The notes under the pieces: model-generated
Told to the model about the DNA's origin: nothing
The model's input: only the letters and a program-made list of their open reading frames with translations
Databases searched by the model: none
Program-made: the position numbers and the translations under genes
Shown: one piece after another, positions 19,708 through 28,604 of the stretch
How the letters are laid out: each line of letters begins with the position of its first letter
How positions within the stretch are numbered: position 1 is the first letter of the stretch
From: Acidobacteriaceae bacterium
GTDB taxonomy: Bacteria; Acidobacteriota; Terriglobia; Terriglobales; Acidobacteriaceae
Direction of reading: 5' to 3'
Length of the DNA stretch: 52,864 nucleotides
NCBI GenBank assembly: GCA_036390355.1
Contig: DASWCA010000016.1
Coordinates: 1 to 52,864 of the forward strand

Positions 19708-21471
19708 TCATTTTTCAGAAGTTGGTAGGGCGACCTGACCGGGAGTTGATCTGTTGCTAGTGATGCCGTGGAGCGAATTGCGTAATTCCTGTGTGGAGCG
19801 GTAGAGATCAGAGGCGATGAGCGTGGCGCCCCGTTGTGAGCCATCACTCCCACTGATGAGCTCTTTACAGAAAGTCATATTGCTCGCAGCGGCGGTTCCC
19901 AATGAAGATCGCGTATCGTCCAAGGCGGACCACGCTTCGAGAGTTGCGGGGCGGGCCATGACAGTCTCAGCAAGAATCCTGTCCTCTACATCCACTGATT
20001 GCTGCAGGCGCGAGGCATGGGCGTTCAATAGTTGCTGCAGGGTTGACCTTCCAACCTCGTCCAGGTGCGTATCGCTCCCAAATCGCTGATAAAGATCGGC
20101 AATGGAGCTGCTCTCTTGTTTCACGGAAAGCGCGACGTCAAGTAATTGCTGCGAGGTGGAGTTTAGTGCGTCTATCCCTTTCCCTTGGGTCCGGAAGAAC
20201 TGCTCTAAGGGCGACGCTTGCGCTACAGTCGAATAAGCGCGGACACTGGAAACGGCGTTGTCGGCTGCGTTATGCGTGCGAAGGTCGTCTACGCTGAAGA
20301 TAGCCGGCAGAACGTGCGGCACGGTCCTTAGCTGCGCGACCAGCTCCTGCTTACGCGCATTGCTTTCAACGCCCCCCTTCACTTCGATGGACGATTGAGA
20401 GCGCAGAAACTCCAGTTGCTCCGTTGAGTCAGCATGGAGCCGGTTCAACACGAGTCTGGCTTGCAACTCCGCCAAATCCAGTTGTTCAGGGCTCGGGAGA
20501 CGTGGCAGCACTACGGCAACGTATGCAGCAGCAGTGCCTCCGTTTAGAGGCTCGAAGAGTGCTTCATTGACCGCATCCCAGCCGAGCACGTCGTAATGTA
20601 CCTCGGCGATTTCGATAGTCTCTTCATCGCGCATCGAAACGGTCCGGCTTACGGCGTGGAAATCCCGCGCTCGGACCGTCAAAGACTCCGCCGCAATGGG
20701 TCCGGACGGGATGGAAGTTGTCAGCGTCAGAAGTTCATCGCCGGAAGGACGCACCTCATCCGTAACAGCAGTGTTTCTGTCGTGCCACTGCCGGTACGCT
20801 GCAGCTGAAAGCGGTTGTTGCCAGTCCACACCGGCGGACAACAGCTCTTTACGCACCTCCTCTTCCTCGGCCTTGGCTTGCTGGATTCGTGGCTTACGCT
20901 TATGCGAGACGTCCCGATACAGCGCCCGTTCAAGCGTCTTCGACTTCGTTTTGATTTCCACCTTTTGGTAAATCACTCCCGGAAGAGTGGGACTGGACTG
21001 TTTTGCTTCCGCCTGTACCGCATTTTCGAGAAAAACGCTGGCGGAGACCGGAGCTGCGTTGCGCTGCCAAATAAGAGCCAGCAGGACGGTGGCAGCCACT
21101 ATGACGAAGGTGCTCGCATAAACGGGATTCATGTGGGGGATGGAAAGGGAGCGGAGTTGTGAAAATGTGCGCGACCACCACGATGCAGCCGCAGTCTGTT
21201 CCAGCACCTCATCCAAATGCACGAGGAACGCTTCTCGCCGCGTTGGATCGAGCGGCAGACGCCTCTCAAGCTGATGTTTGCGAAACTCCACTACCTGGAA
21301 AGCTGCCCTCTCCAACATTTCGCGGCGGGCCTTGCACTGCCAGCACTTTCCGAGATGAGCGTTCGCCCGGAACTCGCGTATCGAGGCCAACTCCCCGTCA
21401 ATGAGTTTCGTAATGGTCTCGTCCGAGAGATGCCCAAAGCGTGTCAATGTGTGTTGAAACAATGTCTTCAT
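19708..21471 (-). CDS. Membrane-anchored anti-sigma factor (zf-HC2/ZAS N-terminus, large periplasmic domain)
   Basis: HLSDE....LIDGEL...HLGKCWQC zinc motif and one TM helix (FVIVAATVLLALIW). Start overlaps the sigma stop codon (ATGA). Confidence 0.75.
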   Translation of the reverse strand: MKTLFQHTLTRFGHLSDETITKLIDGELASIREFRANAHLGKCWQCKARREMLERAAFQVVEFRKHQLERRLPLDPTRREAFLVHLDEVLEQTAAASWWSRTFSQLRSLSIPHMNPVYASTFVIVAATVLLALIWQRNAAPVSASVFLENAVQAEAKQSSPTLPGVIYQKVEIKTKSKTLERALYRDVSHKRKPRIQQAKAEEEEVRKELLSAGVDWQQPLSAAAYRQWHDRNTAVTDEVRPSGDELLTLTTSIPSGPIAAESLTVRARDFHAVSRTVSMRDEETIEIAEVHYDVLGWDAVNEALFEPLNGGTAAAYVAVVLPRLPSPEQLDLAELQARLVLNRLHADSTEQLEFLRSQSSIEVKGGVESNARKQELVAQLRTVPHVLPAIFSVDDLRTHNAADNAVSSVRAYSTVAQASPLEQFFRTQGKGIDALNSTSQQLLDVALSVKQESSSIADLYQRFGSDTHLDEVGRSTLQQLLNAHASRLQQSVDVEDRILAETVMARPATLEAWSALDDTRSSLGTAAASNMTFCKELISGSDGSQRGATLIASDLYRSTQELRNSLHGITSNRSTPGQVALPTSEK

Positions 21472-22130
21472 ACCTCGCCTGCCAGACGAGCGAGTGCCCG
21501 TTGCACCAGCTCTCCGATTCGTTGCGTGGGCATACCGAGAACGGCGGAGATTTCGCGGTAGCGTAACCCCTCCGCGCGCAAAAGCACGGCATACCGCTGT
21601 TGCTGTGTCAACCGTCCCATCGCGGCCCGTACTCTCCGTAGTTCTTCCCGCTTGATAACAATTTCTTCAGGGGTAAGCGACGTATCTGCGATCTCAAGAA
21701 CGGTCGAATCGTCTTCGTCTGCGCTCTCCGCGATGTAGCGCTTTCCGGCCCGGAATAGATCCATCGTCAGGTTGTGTGCGACGCGAAATAGCCAGCCGCG
21801 AAGGTTCTCCTCGTCCCGCTTACTCGCCAGATGCCGTACGAGCCGGAGGAAACATTCCTGGATGATGTCCTCAGACTCATCGACAGAAAGTCCGAGGCCG
21901 CCCAAGTATGCCATCAAGGACGGCCTGATTTCGTCATAAAGCCTGGCGACCTGATTTCTGCGCTTGGATACGCCATTTTCGGAATGCACAAACAGACTCA
22001 CGTAACCCGGCAGGGTCGCCCCAAGGGGAGGAGCCTCTGCTGCGAACCGGAGGATGGGTGAGATTAAGGACACTGATCCACCTGCGCCAAGCACGGGAGA
22101 ACGAGGATTTGACTCCGTATGGTTGAACAA
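21468..22130 (-). CDS. ECF RNA polymerase sigma factor
   Basis: Region 2 (EDIIQECFLRL...GWLFRVAHNL) and region 4 (LTQQQRYAVLLRAEGLRYREISAVLG). Exact start uncertain. Confidence 0.9.
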   Translation of the reverse strand: MFNHTESNPRSPVLGAGGSVSLISPILRFAAEAPPLGATLPGYVSLFVHSENGVSKRRNQVARLYDEIRPSLMAYLGGLGLSVDESEDIIQECFLRLVRHLASKRDEENLRGWLFRVAHNLTMDLFRAGKRYIAESADEDDSTVLEIADTSLTPEEIVIKREELRRVRAAMGRLTQQQRYAVLLRAEGLRYREISAVLGMPTQRIGELVQRALARLAGEV

Positions 22131-22326
22131 CGGAGTTGGGGTCTATTTTTCCGGATTATTCCGCGAAATATTTTTGCCTGCCCGTAGACCTCTTTTCGGC
22201 GGCCGAATCCGGCGTAACCCTGGTAATCACGCAACGCAGTTTGCCCGGACGAAAACCTCCTGAAAAGACGCTCCAAAAGGTCTTGCGAAAAACTGCGGGA
22301 AATCGGGTGTTTTTCGGCTAACCGAC

Positions 22327-22344
22327 TTCCTTATTGTTCAGTCG
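22327..22344 (+). repeat. Right copy of the 18-bp imperfect direct repeat (TTCCTTATTGTTCAGTCG)
   Basis: 16/18 identical to 14056-14073. Confidence 0.6.
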
Positions 22345-22431
22345 TTTTGCGGATTTAGTGAGACTTTGCGCGGAAAAACGCAATCCGGGGGCTCATTATC
22401 GTGTCCATCTCGAAAATTGCCTTCAACAATA

Positions 22432-22481
22432 ATGTGATAAAACCTATGCTACCTTGTAAACAAGCAGAGGAATTATCACAT
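22432..22481. promoter_or_regulatory. Inverted-repeat operator of the abiE operon
   Basis: ATGTGATAAAACCTATGCT (22432-22450) and AGCAGAGGAATTATCACAT (22463-22481) are 16/19 complementary. The right arm covers the RBS and start codon. AbiEi proteins are known to autorepress through such repeats. Confidence 0.7.
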
Positions 22482-23094
22482 GACAGCTACTCAAAGCACC
22501 CGCGCTCTCGATCTTCTCAAGGCCAGGGGAATGCTTCGTCTCAAGGATTTCATCGCCGAAGACATTGAGCCAGAGACGCTGGCCCGTCTGGTCAGAGACG
22601 AGCAGATCATTCGTCCTGCGCGCGGGCTCTATCAGCTTCCAGATGCTCAGATCGACACGGCCTACATGCTTGCCGAGGCTGCCGTACTCGTGCCCAAGGG
22701 AATCGTCTGCCTCATCTCAGCTCTCCAGTTTCATTCACTGACACTCCAGATGCCTTCCGCCGTGTGGATGGCAATCGAACGCACTGCATGGAAGCCCACT
22801 ATCAGCTACCCTCCCATTCGGGTTGTTAGGTTCAGCGGATGGGGGCTGACCGAAGGCGTGGAGCGGTATCCCATTCAATCCCGCGAAGTCCCCATCACAA
22901 ATCCCGCGCGCACCATCGTGGACTGCTTCCGATACCGCAATAAAATCGGTATCGACATCGCAATGGAAGGGCTGCGCGAAGGCATCCGACATCGTAAATG
23001 TACGCCGGATCAGCTCTGGCAATATGCAAAGAAGGGGCAAGTTTGGACGGTCATGCGTCCCTATGTCGAAACGGTGGTAGCGGATGCCGCGTGA
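22480..23094 (+). CDS. abiEi: Type IV TA antitoxin AbiEi
   Basis: N-terminal wHTH (RPARGLYQL), CLISALQFH, TNPARTIVDCFRYRNKIG. Coupled to the downstream nucleotidyltransferase. Confidence 0.9.
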   Translation: MTATQSTRALDLLKARGMLRLKDFIAEDIEPETLARLVRDEQIIRPARGLYQLPDAQIDTAYMLAEAAVLVPKGIVCLISALQFHSLTLQMPSAVWMAIERTAWKPTISYPPIRVVRFSGWGLTEGVERYPIQSREVPITNPARTIVDCFRYRNKIGIDIAMEGLREGIRHRKCTPDQLWQYAKKGQVWTVMRPYVETVVADAA

Positions 23095-23992
23095 AGTTCG
23101 CAACATCGGCGCGTCGGTACGAGCCAAGCTTCTTGCCCGCGCACGAGCCGGAAACACGGATTATCAGATTCTTCTCACGCGATATGCACTGGAGAGACTG
23201 CTCTATCGGCTCAGTGTCTCCGCACATCGTGACCGCTTCGTCCTCAAGGGCGCACTGCTCTTCGTGACGTGGATTGCCGATCCCTTCCGGCCGACGCGAG
23301 ACCTGGATCTACTCGGTTACGGGGCCAACGACCCGAACGCGCTTGCCGACACCTTCAAAGCCATCTGCTCAACCACCGTTCCAGACGATGGAGTGACCTT
23401 CGATGTTAACGGCCTTACGGCAGCGCCCATCCGTGAAGACCCTGAGTACGGTGGAGTTCGAGTCCAGACCCATGCGGTCATTGACGGAGCGCGCATCCCC
23501 ATTCAGGTAGACATCGGCTTTGGCGACATCATTACGCCGGCTCCGGTGGAGATTGCCTACCCGGTCCTCCTCGATTCCCCCATACCGCATCTTCGTGCCT
23601 ATCCAGTCGAAACCGTCGTCGCGGAAAAGTTCAACGCTATGGCGACACTGGGGATTGCCAATAGTCGTCTCAAAGACTTTTATGACCTTTGGCTGATTTC
23701 TCGAACCTTTGAATTTGACCACGCCGCTCTGTCTGCCGCTATACACCGAACCTTCGAGCGCCGGGAAACTCCCATGCCAACTGATATACCCACAGGCTTG
23801 ACGAATCAATATGCGGAACAGTGGGATATGCGATGGAAAGCCTTCCTCAAGCGGGAACACATGAGCGCCGCGCCAGACAATCTGAGTTCGTTGATTGGAG
23901 ATTTGCGTGAGTTCATGGTTCCTTTGACGCTCCCATCCAGTACGGCTTCCTACTGGCCGTCCGGCGGACCTTGGTCAATCCGCAAAACTTAA
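23084..23992 (+). CDS. abiEii: Type IV TA toxin, AbiEii/AbiGii nucleotidyltransferase
   Basis: FVLKGALL, RPTRDLDL, QVDIGFGD, AEKF and NSRLKDFYD motifs. Confidence 0.9.
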   Translation: MPREVRNIGASVRAKLLARARAGNTDYQILLTRYALERLLYRLSVSAHRDRFVLKGALLFVTWIADPFRPTRDLDLLGYGANDPNALADTFKAICSTTVPDDGVTFDVNGLTAAPIREDPEYGGVRVQTHAVIDGARIPIQVDIGFGDIITPAPVEIAYPVLLDSPIPHLRAYPVETVVAEKFNAMATLGIANSRLKDFYDLWLISRTFEFDHAALSAAIHRTFERRETPMPTDIPTGLTNQYAEQWDMRWKAFLKREHMSAAPDNLSSLIGDLREFMVPLTLPSSTASYWPSGGPWSIRKT

Positions 23993-24114
23993 TCTCCGGC
24001 TAAACCGCCGCTGGTTCAATTTCCAGTTTCCAAATTGGAATTTCAGGCCCGTTTGACGCAAAATGGGCGCTTCCATATCGGTTCCGTAATTCGCGGTCTT
24101 GATGGCCGCGGGAG

Positions 24115-24335
24115 GTGCCGATGTCCGACCGCAGCAGTATCGTTATTCCCCGCAAGACAACCCACCTAGCCAAGCGATTGGCGCAACCCTTTTCCAAACG
24201 AAAACTCCTTCACGCAGCGCGAGTGATAGTGCCGACGCTTGTGGCGCTCACATTCGCCGCCGTTGCTAACGTTGCACACGCACAAGGCATGATGGACTTC
24301 TCCGGGGCGCAAACGCTCATGGGAAGTTTTAAAAC
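24115..24335 (+). pseudogene. N-terminal fragment of a TrbC/VirB2-like pilin
   Basis: GGGAGG RBS and long leader ending AHAQG, then MMDFSGAQTLMGSFKT. The pilin transmembrane helices are missing. Confidence 0.55.
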
Positions 24336-24540
24336 CATCCTTCGCATTCTGGAGCGGGCCGGAGGCTATCGGCCCACCCTCTATCTCAACATCGAAAACC
24401 CGCCTTATATGGCGCTCGTCATCGAAGCCACACCGGAACCCGGACCGTTGGGACTCCCCGGCCTCTCCGTCGCGCATTACGGCATCCAGAACGGCGACGC
24501 GATGCGTGACCCGGAGATGTGCTTCGAGTTGTCGAAACCT
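24331..24540 (+). pseudogene. Fragment of an ICE-associated conserved protein (DUF6908-like), fused in frame to the pilin fragment
   Basis: KTILRILERAGG...IENPPYMALVIE...SVAHYGIQNGDAMRDPEMCFEL, after which the sequence is unrelated. Confidence 0.5.
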
Positions 24541-24721
24541 GTGTTGTCGCGGCACGGCCATGCAAATGGTTATGGATCAGAGGCGAGGCAAGCAGATTTC
24601 GAAGGCAGAGATTGCTTGCTTGGTTCATTCCGGTGGTGTCTCGGGAGGTTTGGCAATCAAAATCACTTGCCCCGGCCAAAACCACGCCTCCATCCTTAGT
24701 TGGCATTTCAAATGCGATTGC

Positions 24722-24955
24722 CCTGCGCCACTGGTTCACCGGGGTGTGCCCCATGATACAAAAGGAACCGTGAATGTCTTGAACCTAGTCGAGGGCGAAG
24801 AAGCAATTGTTGAAAGTCCCGCCGTGCGTTTCGACCATTCGGTGTGCACTTTGCGGAGACCTTCATCATGCCTGCACAGGTTGGCTCCTACACGATCCGC
24901 CCTTATGGAAATGCGCGAGGAAGGCAGTGCGCACCGGTGAAAGCCCTTGTCCGGC
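24722..24955 (+). pseudogene. Frameshifted C-terminal remnant of a class I mannose-6-phosphate-isomerase-like cupin protein
   Basis: Joining frames gives RHWFTGV..HDTKGTVNVLNLVEGEEAIVESP...VHFAETFIMPAQVGSYTIRPYG...KALVR. Confidence 0.55.
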
Positions 24956-25184
24956 AGGAAAAGCATTGCGCTACGGCGCTCGATTCCTGTTCGCAGTTCC
25001 GGCGCGAAACCTAAGCGAATTGAGAGATTTCTTGCCTTGTATGATGTTGGACACGCACAGGGGTCTCAGCTATCCCGTCGCCGGGGCAACCACCAGATGT
25101 AGCTTGTCCCCGCTTATGCAAGAGCTTCAACGATTTCATTGCTTGCGACTCCCGCGCCGAGTCTTTTGGAGGAGACTGCTCACC

Positions 25185-26906
25185 GTGTACAGTTCTGTCT
25201 CACGCGATCAAATTGCTGACGCATTGATCCATCTCCGCGGGCTGTTTCGCGAGATGCCATCGTCAAGCGACAGGGATGATCGAGCGCACGAGAGACGGGA
25301 GATTCTGACCAAGAACCTGCTTTCGAATCTCTTTCGCACCAAGGATCATCCCACACTCAATCTTGTCCTCGAAGTTGCAGATGCCTTCTCGCTGACACTC
25401 GATGGCGCGCATCGCCTCTTTGGGTACGAACTGGAACGCATTCGAGAGTATGACCTAGCACTCAACGCTGGGCGCACGCATATCATTGAGAGCTATCCCT
25501 TCGAGCGCGATCGTCCAGTCGATCTGCCGTTCCACTTCAGCGGCGAGGAAGCCTTCGCAACCAGCGCAACTGTCCAGAACCTTGTTTCGAGCTGGCATGC
25601 CGATACCCCAATTCGGACCCTTGAGTCCGGAGGGTGGCAGCAACCGAGCGCGTTCTACGTCCGTGTGGGAACGGAGGACAGCCTCGGTTCCAGTCTGCCA
25701 GCCGGTTCTACCGCGCTTGTGGTGCCTGTCGATGAGGCAGAGAGGCAGCGCCCGAACCCTAGAGCCATCTACCTGCTCCAATTTGGGAACGGTTATCGCT
25801 GTAGTCGATGTGTTGTGACACGAGGCAAGCTCATCTTATTGAGTTCGAGCCAAAGGTATGTCGGAGCTCAGGAGTTTGCTTATCCGGCAAACGTAAGAAT
25901 TGCGGGACGGATACGAATGTTTGCATTGGGTCTTCCTTTGCCGGAATATCCCTTGCTGTATTCTTTGCCACCGTCGCAGCAGAGTGCGCCATTGGTTCTG
26001 CCCTGGGAACATGGGTCTCTGGACCACCTCTTTCGATCGAAGCACCGGAGGTTCCGAAGATCGAGGCAGGAATTGTCTCGCATTCGCGAGGCCATGGAGG
26101 GAGTATTCCACACAAGGATTAGCGGCAGGACAGAGCGACGGTATCGACGGCCTACGTCGTCTATGCCTCATATCGATGCCCTGATCCAACTAACGGTTAG
26201 ATACGCAGCACGCTACAGCGATGTCTTGCGGGTGCAACGACCGAGGTCCTCTGACCGGGGGCGATATTCCCTCGACACGTTACTCAATACGCAGCATCTA
26301 CGAGAATTGACTGTGACAGTACGCCGGTCACACCCCCCGATCCCTCGTGATCGCTGGATGAAGTTCCGAAACGAGTTCATTGAGTGGCCTGCGCTGCTGT
26401 CCTTGAGATTTCCGCAACTCAGCTCGGTGGATGAGAGGATCGTCCGGCTCGCCGAGGGAATAACCATTCAGAGCCTCGATCCCCCGGTTGTACCTGGCTC
26501 GATGATTCTGGTGCAAAAGCCTCTAGGGCTTCCTGACGTCCAGCGCGAGGCTCAGGCTACCGGATGGTGCCGACCGCTCTATGCAATTCGCAGGGGCACT
26601 GACCTCCTATGCGGCCACCTGGATAGAACCGGCAATCAGTACTTCCTTCTCGCAGGAGCGCACAAAAGCTCCTGCTGCTTGAACGTCTTGTCGAGATTCG
26701 ACAACGGTGCCGAGCGCAAGCAGGCGTTCGCGCTACTCGCGCCATGCTCCGGTTCCTTGTCTCGCGCGCTTGGCATCGGAAGAGCCTCGGAATCGGCGGA
26801 GATGAGGAAGCTCCGCGCAGCTCGATACTCGATCAGAAAATCTACCGGCTGCGTCGTGCCCGGGGTATTCGCGCCATCGCTGACCAGCTCCAGCGTCACA
26901 TGCTGA
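25185..26906 (+). CDS. Putative DNA-binding protein with two tandem XRE-HTH/S24-like modules; native 3' end probably lost near 26665
   Basis: GGAGGA RBS and GTG start. Internal duplication (PTLNLVLEVA vs PHIDALIQLT; LPAGSTALV..RAIYLL..GYRCSRC vs VVPGSMILV..RPLYAI..LLCGHL). The last ~80 codons are antisense to the VirB9-like gene. Confidence 0.6.
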   Translation: MYSSVSRDQIADALIHLRGLFREMPSSSDRDDRAHERREILTKNLLSNLFRTKDHPTLNLVLEVADAFSLTLDGAHRLFGYELERIREYDLALNAGRTHIIESYPFERDRPVDLPFHFSGEEAFATSATVQNLVSSWHADTPIRTLESGGWQQPSAFYVRVGTEDSLGSSLPAGSTALVVPVDEAERQRPNPRAIYLLQFGNGYRCSRCVVTRGKLILLSSSQRYVGAQEFAYPANVRIAGRIRMFALGLPLPEYPLLYSLPPSQQSAPLVLPWEHGSLDHLFRSKHRRFRRSRQELSRIREAMEGVFHTRISGRTERRYRRPTSSMPHIDALIQLTVRYAARYSDVLRVQRPRSSDRGRYSLDTLLNTQHLRELTVTVRRSHPPIPRDRWMKFRNEFIEWPALLSLRFPQLSSVDERIVRLAEGITIQSLDPPVVPGSMILVQKPLGLPDVQREAQATGWCRPLYAIRRGTDLLCGHLDRTGNQYFLLAGAHKSSCCLNVLSRFDNGAERKQAFALLAPCSGSLSRALGIGRASESAEMRKLRAARYSIRKSTGCVVPGVFAPSLTSSSVTC

Positions 26907-27208
26907 CCTGATTTGGTCGCGATAAGGAGGTTCGACTGCGCAGCCTCTTTGACGATTGGCTTGACATAGACGTATTCCGGCTCCCCTTCGTTGTGCTCGG
27001 CCTTGAACTCACCCGGACTGCCAAGGATGACGGATGTGATTTTCTCCGGCATGCGAATGGTCGACTCAAACTCCGGCCGCAGATGGAGGACGGTGACGTC
27101 TCTCGGGTTGATAGTGATAGTTGCGACGCGTGCTCCAACTGGAGTGTCGGCCGCGCCGAGACGAAGTGGAATCAAGACTGCGACAGTGATGAGCCAGCGA
27201 AGTTTCAT
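26636..27208 (-). pseudogene. TrbG/VirB9-like conjugal transfer protein, 3'-truncated
   Basis: Signal peptide, VTVLHLRPEFESTIRMPEKITSVILGSP and YVKP...SNLLI. Coupled to VirB1. Ends at the junction with the convergent HTH gene. Confidence 0.65.
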
Positions 27209-27687
27209 GGGTTTGACCTCCTTGACGGCCGAACGGCCGAATACCTGCGAAGCATGTACTGTCTTCGCACCGCTTGCACGTAGGCCACAACCGCCGGATT
27301 GCGATAATCCAATTGTTTCCGCGCAATGTTGCGGTCGCCGGCGTAGTAGGCTGCGGCGACCAGGCGCAGATCCCCGTGGAACCCCCACATCAACGCCGTC
27401 ACGTAGCGGGTGCCCGCGGCGATATTCTGTTCCGCGTTGAAGGCGTCAAATGCGCCAAATCGCTTCGCTGTCGCCGGCATGAGTTGCATCAGGCCCATCG
27501 CGCCCTTGTTTGAAACTGCTCGCGGATTCCATCTCGATTCGACGTCGATCAATGCGGCAATCAACTCCGGTGGCACACGGTAGTGCACCGAGTACTGCCG
27601 CACCAAGCGTTCCGCATGCGCCGGATCAACTTCACTACACGCGAACCGAGGAAACACGAGCAACAAAAGGAAAAGCCATCGGTTCAT
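27205..27687 (-). CDS. Lytic transglycosylase (SLT, VirB1-like)
   Basis: ALIDVESRWNPRAVSNKGAMGLMQLMP...AAAYYAG SLT motifs. Confidence 0.9.
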   Translation of the reverse strand: MNRWLFLLLLVFPRFACSEVDPAHAERLVRQYSVHYRVPPELIAALIDVESRWNPRAVSNKGAMGLMQLMPATAKRFGAFDAFNAEQNIAAGTRYVTALMWGFHGDLRLVAAAYYAGDRNIARKQLDYRNPAVVAYVQAVRRQYMLRRYSAVRPSRRSNP

Positions 27688-28604
27688 GATGGTGACCCTC
27701 CGGGGAGCGCGAGGCTCTTCGCGAAGCGCGCGCCGTCGTCGAGGAGGCTCTTGAATCCCTCGCGCAACAGGAGGTGTCGGCGGTCCTTTTCGGTCTTCGC
27801 CAGGAACGGCAGCAGCACATCCCGATGCTCCGCCGTGACTTGGTCGGTCCCGAGCAGTTGCAGCGCATTGGCGAAGTCGATCATCTCGGAGACCGAGGGC
27901 GGCTTTTCGAGTGAGTAATTCCGGAAGGAGAGAGCAATCCCTGCCATTTCGCGATGAAACTCTTCATTGGCCTGCGGGGTGCGGTTGGCGATGATCTCCG
28001 CCTCACGCTCCGGTATCGGATGCTCGACGCGGATATAAAGACTGCGCCTCCGGATCGGGTCACCCAGTCTGCGTTCCTCATTGCTGGTTAGCACAACGAA
28101 GGGAATGCTCCTTGCTTGAACCGTGCCGAACTCAGGAATCGAGAGCTGCCAAGCAGACAGGATCTCTAACAACAACGCTTCAAATCCGTCGTCTACCTTG
28201 TCCAACTCGTCAATAAGCAATACACAAGGTCGCTCGCATTCGAGAGCGCGCATCAGAGGACCAGGACGAAAGAAGTCCCGCCCCTTGAGATTTGCCTGCA
28301 CGGCCTGCCAATCCTCATGCTGGCCCTTTGAAAACTCCATATAGAGCCGCTGCAAGCCCTCGTCGAACCGGCCGATGGCCTTGTCCTCGGTCACGCCGCG
28401 GAAACACTGAAGCCGCTCGACGTGTGTCCTGGCTGCAGCAGCAACGGCAATGGCAAGCTGAGTCTTTCCGCTGCCGGCCGGTCCTTCGAGCAAGAGCGGC
28501 TTTTGCAGCCTCGCAGCGAGGAAGACGACCTGGGTCATCACCTGGTCAATGAAGTAGCCCGTGGACGTGAGCTTTGCGGAGAGATCGTCAAGGGAGTCAA
28601 ACAT
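27684..28604 (-). CDS. MoxR-family AAA+ ATPase
   Basis: Walker A GPAGSGKT, Walker B LLIDELDK, LTSNEERRLGDPIRRR. GGAGG RBS before ATG at 28604. Confidence 0.9.
   Translation of the reverse strand: MFDSLDDLSAKLTSTGYFIDQVMTQVVFLAARLQKPLLLEGPAGSGKTQLAIAVAAAARTHVERLQCFRGVTEDKAIGRFDEGLQRLYMEFSKGQHEDWQAVQANLKGRDFFRPGPLMRALECERPCVLLIDELDKVDDGFEALLLEILSAWQLSIPEFGTVQARSIPFVVLTSNEERRLGDPIRRRSLYIRVEHPIPEREAEIIANRTPQANEEFHREMAGIALSFRNYSLEKPPSVSEMIDFANALQLLGTDQVTAEHRDVLLPFLAKTEKDRRHLLLREGFKSLLDDGARFAKSLALPGGSPS

Noticed and set aside
13587-25184. Lasso precursor, B or C genes near the isopeptidase-like gene
   Set aside because: No short ORF with a YxxP-L/Thr(-2) leader and no asparagine-synthetase-like cyclase was seen in the intergenic regions I read.
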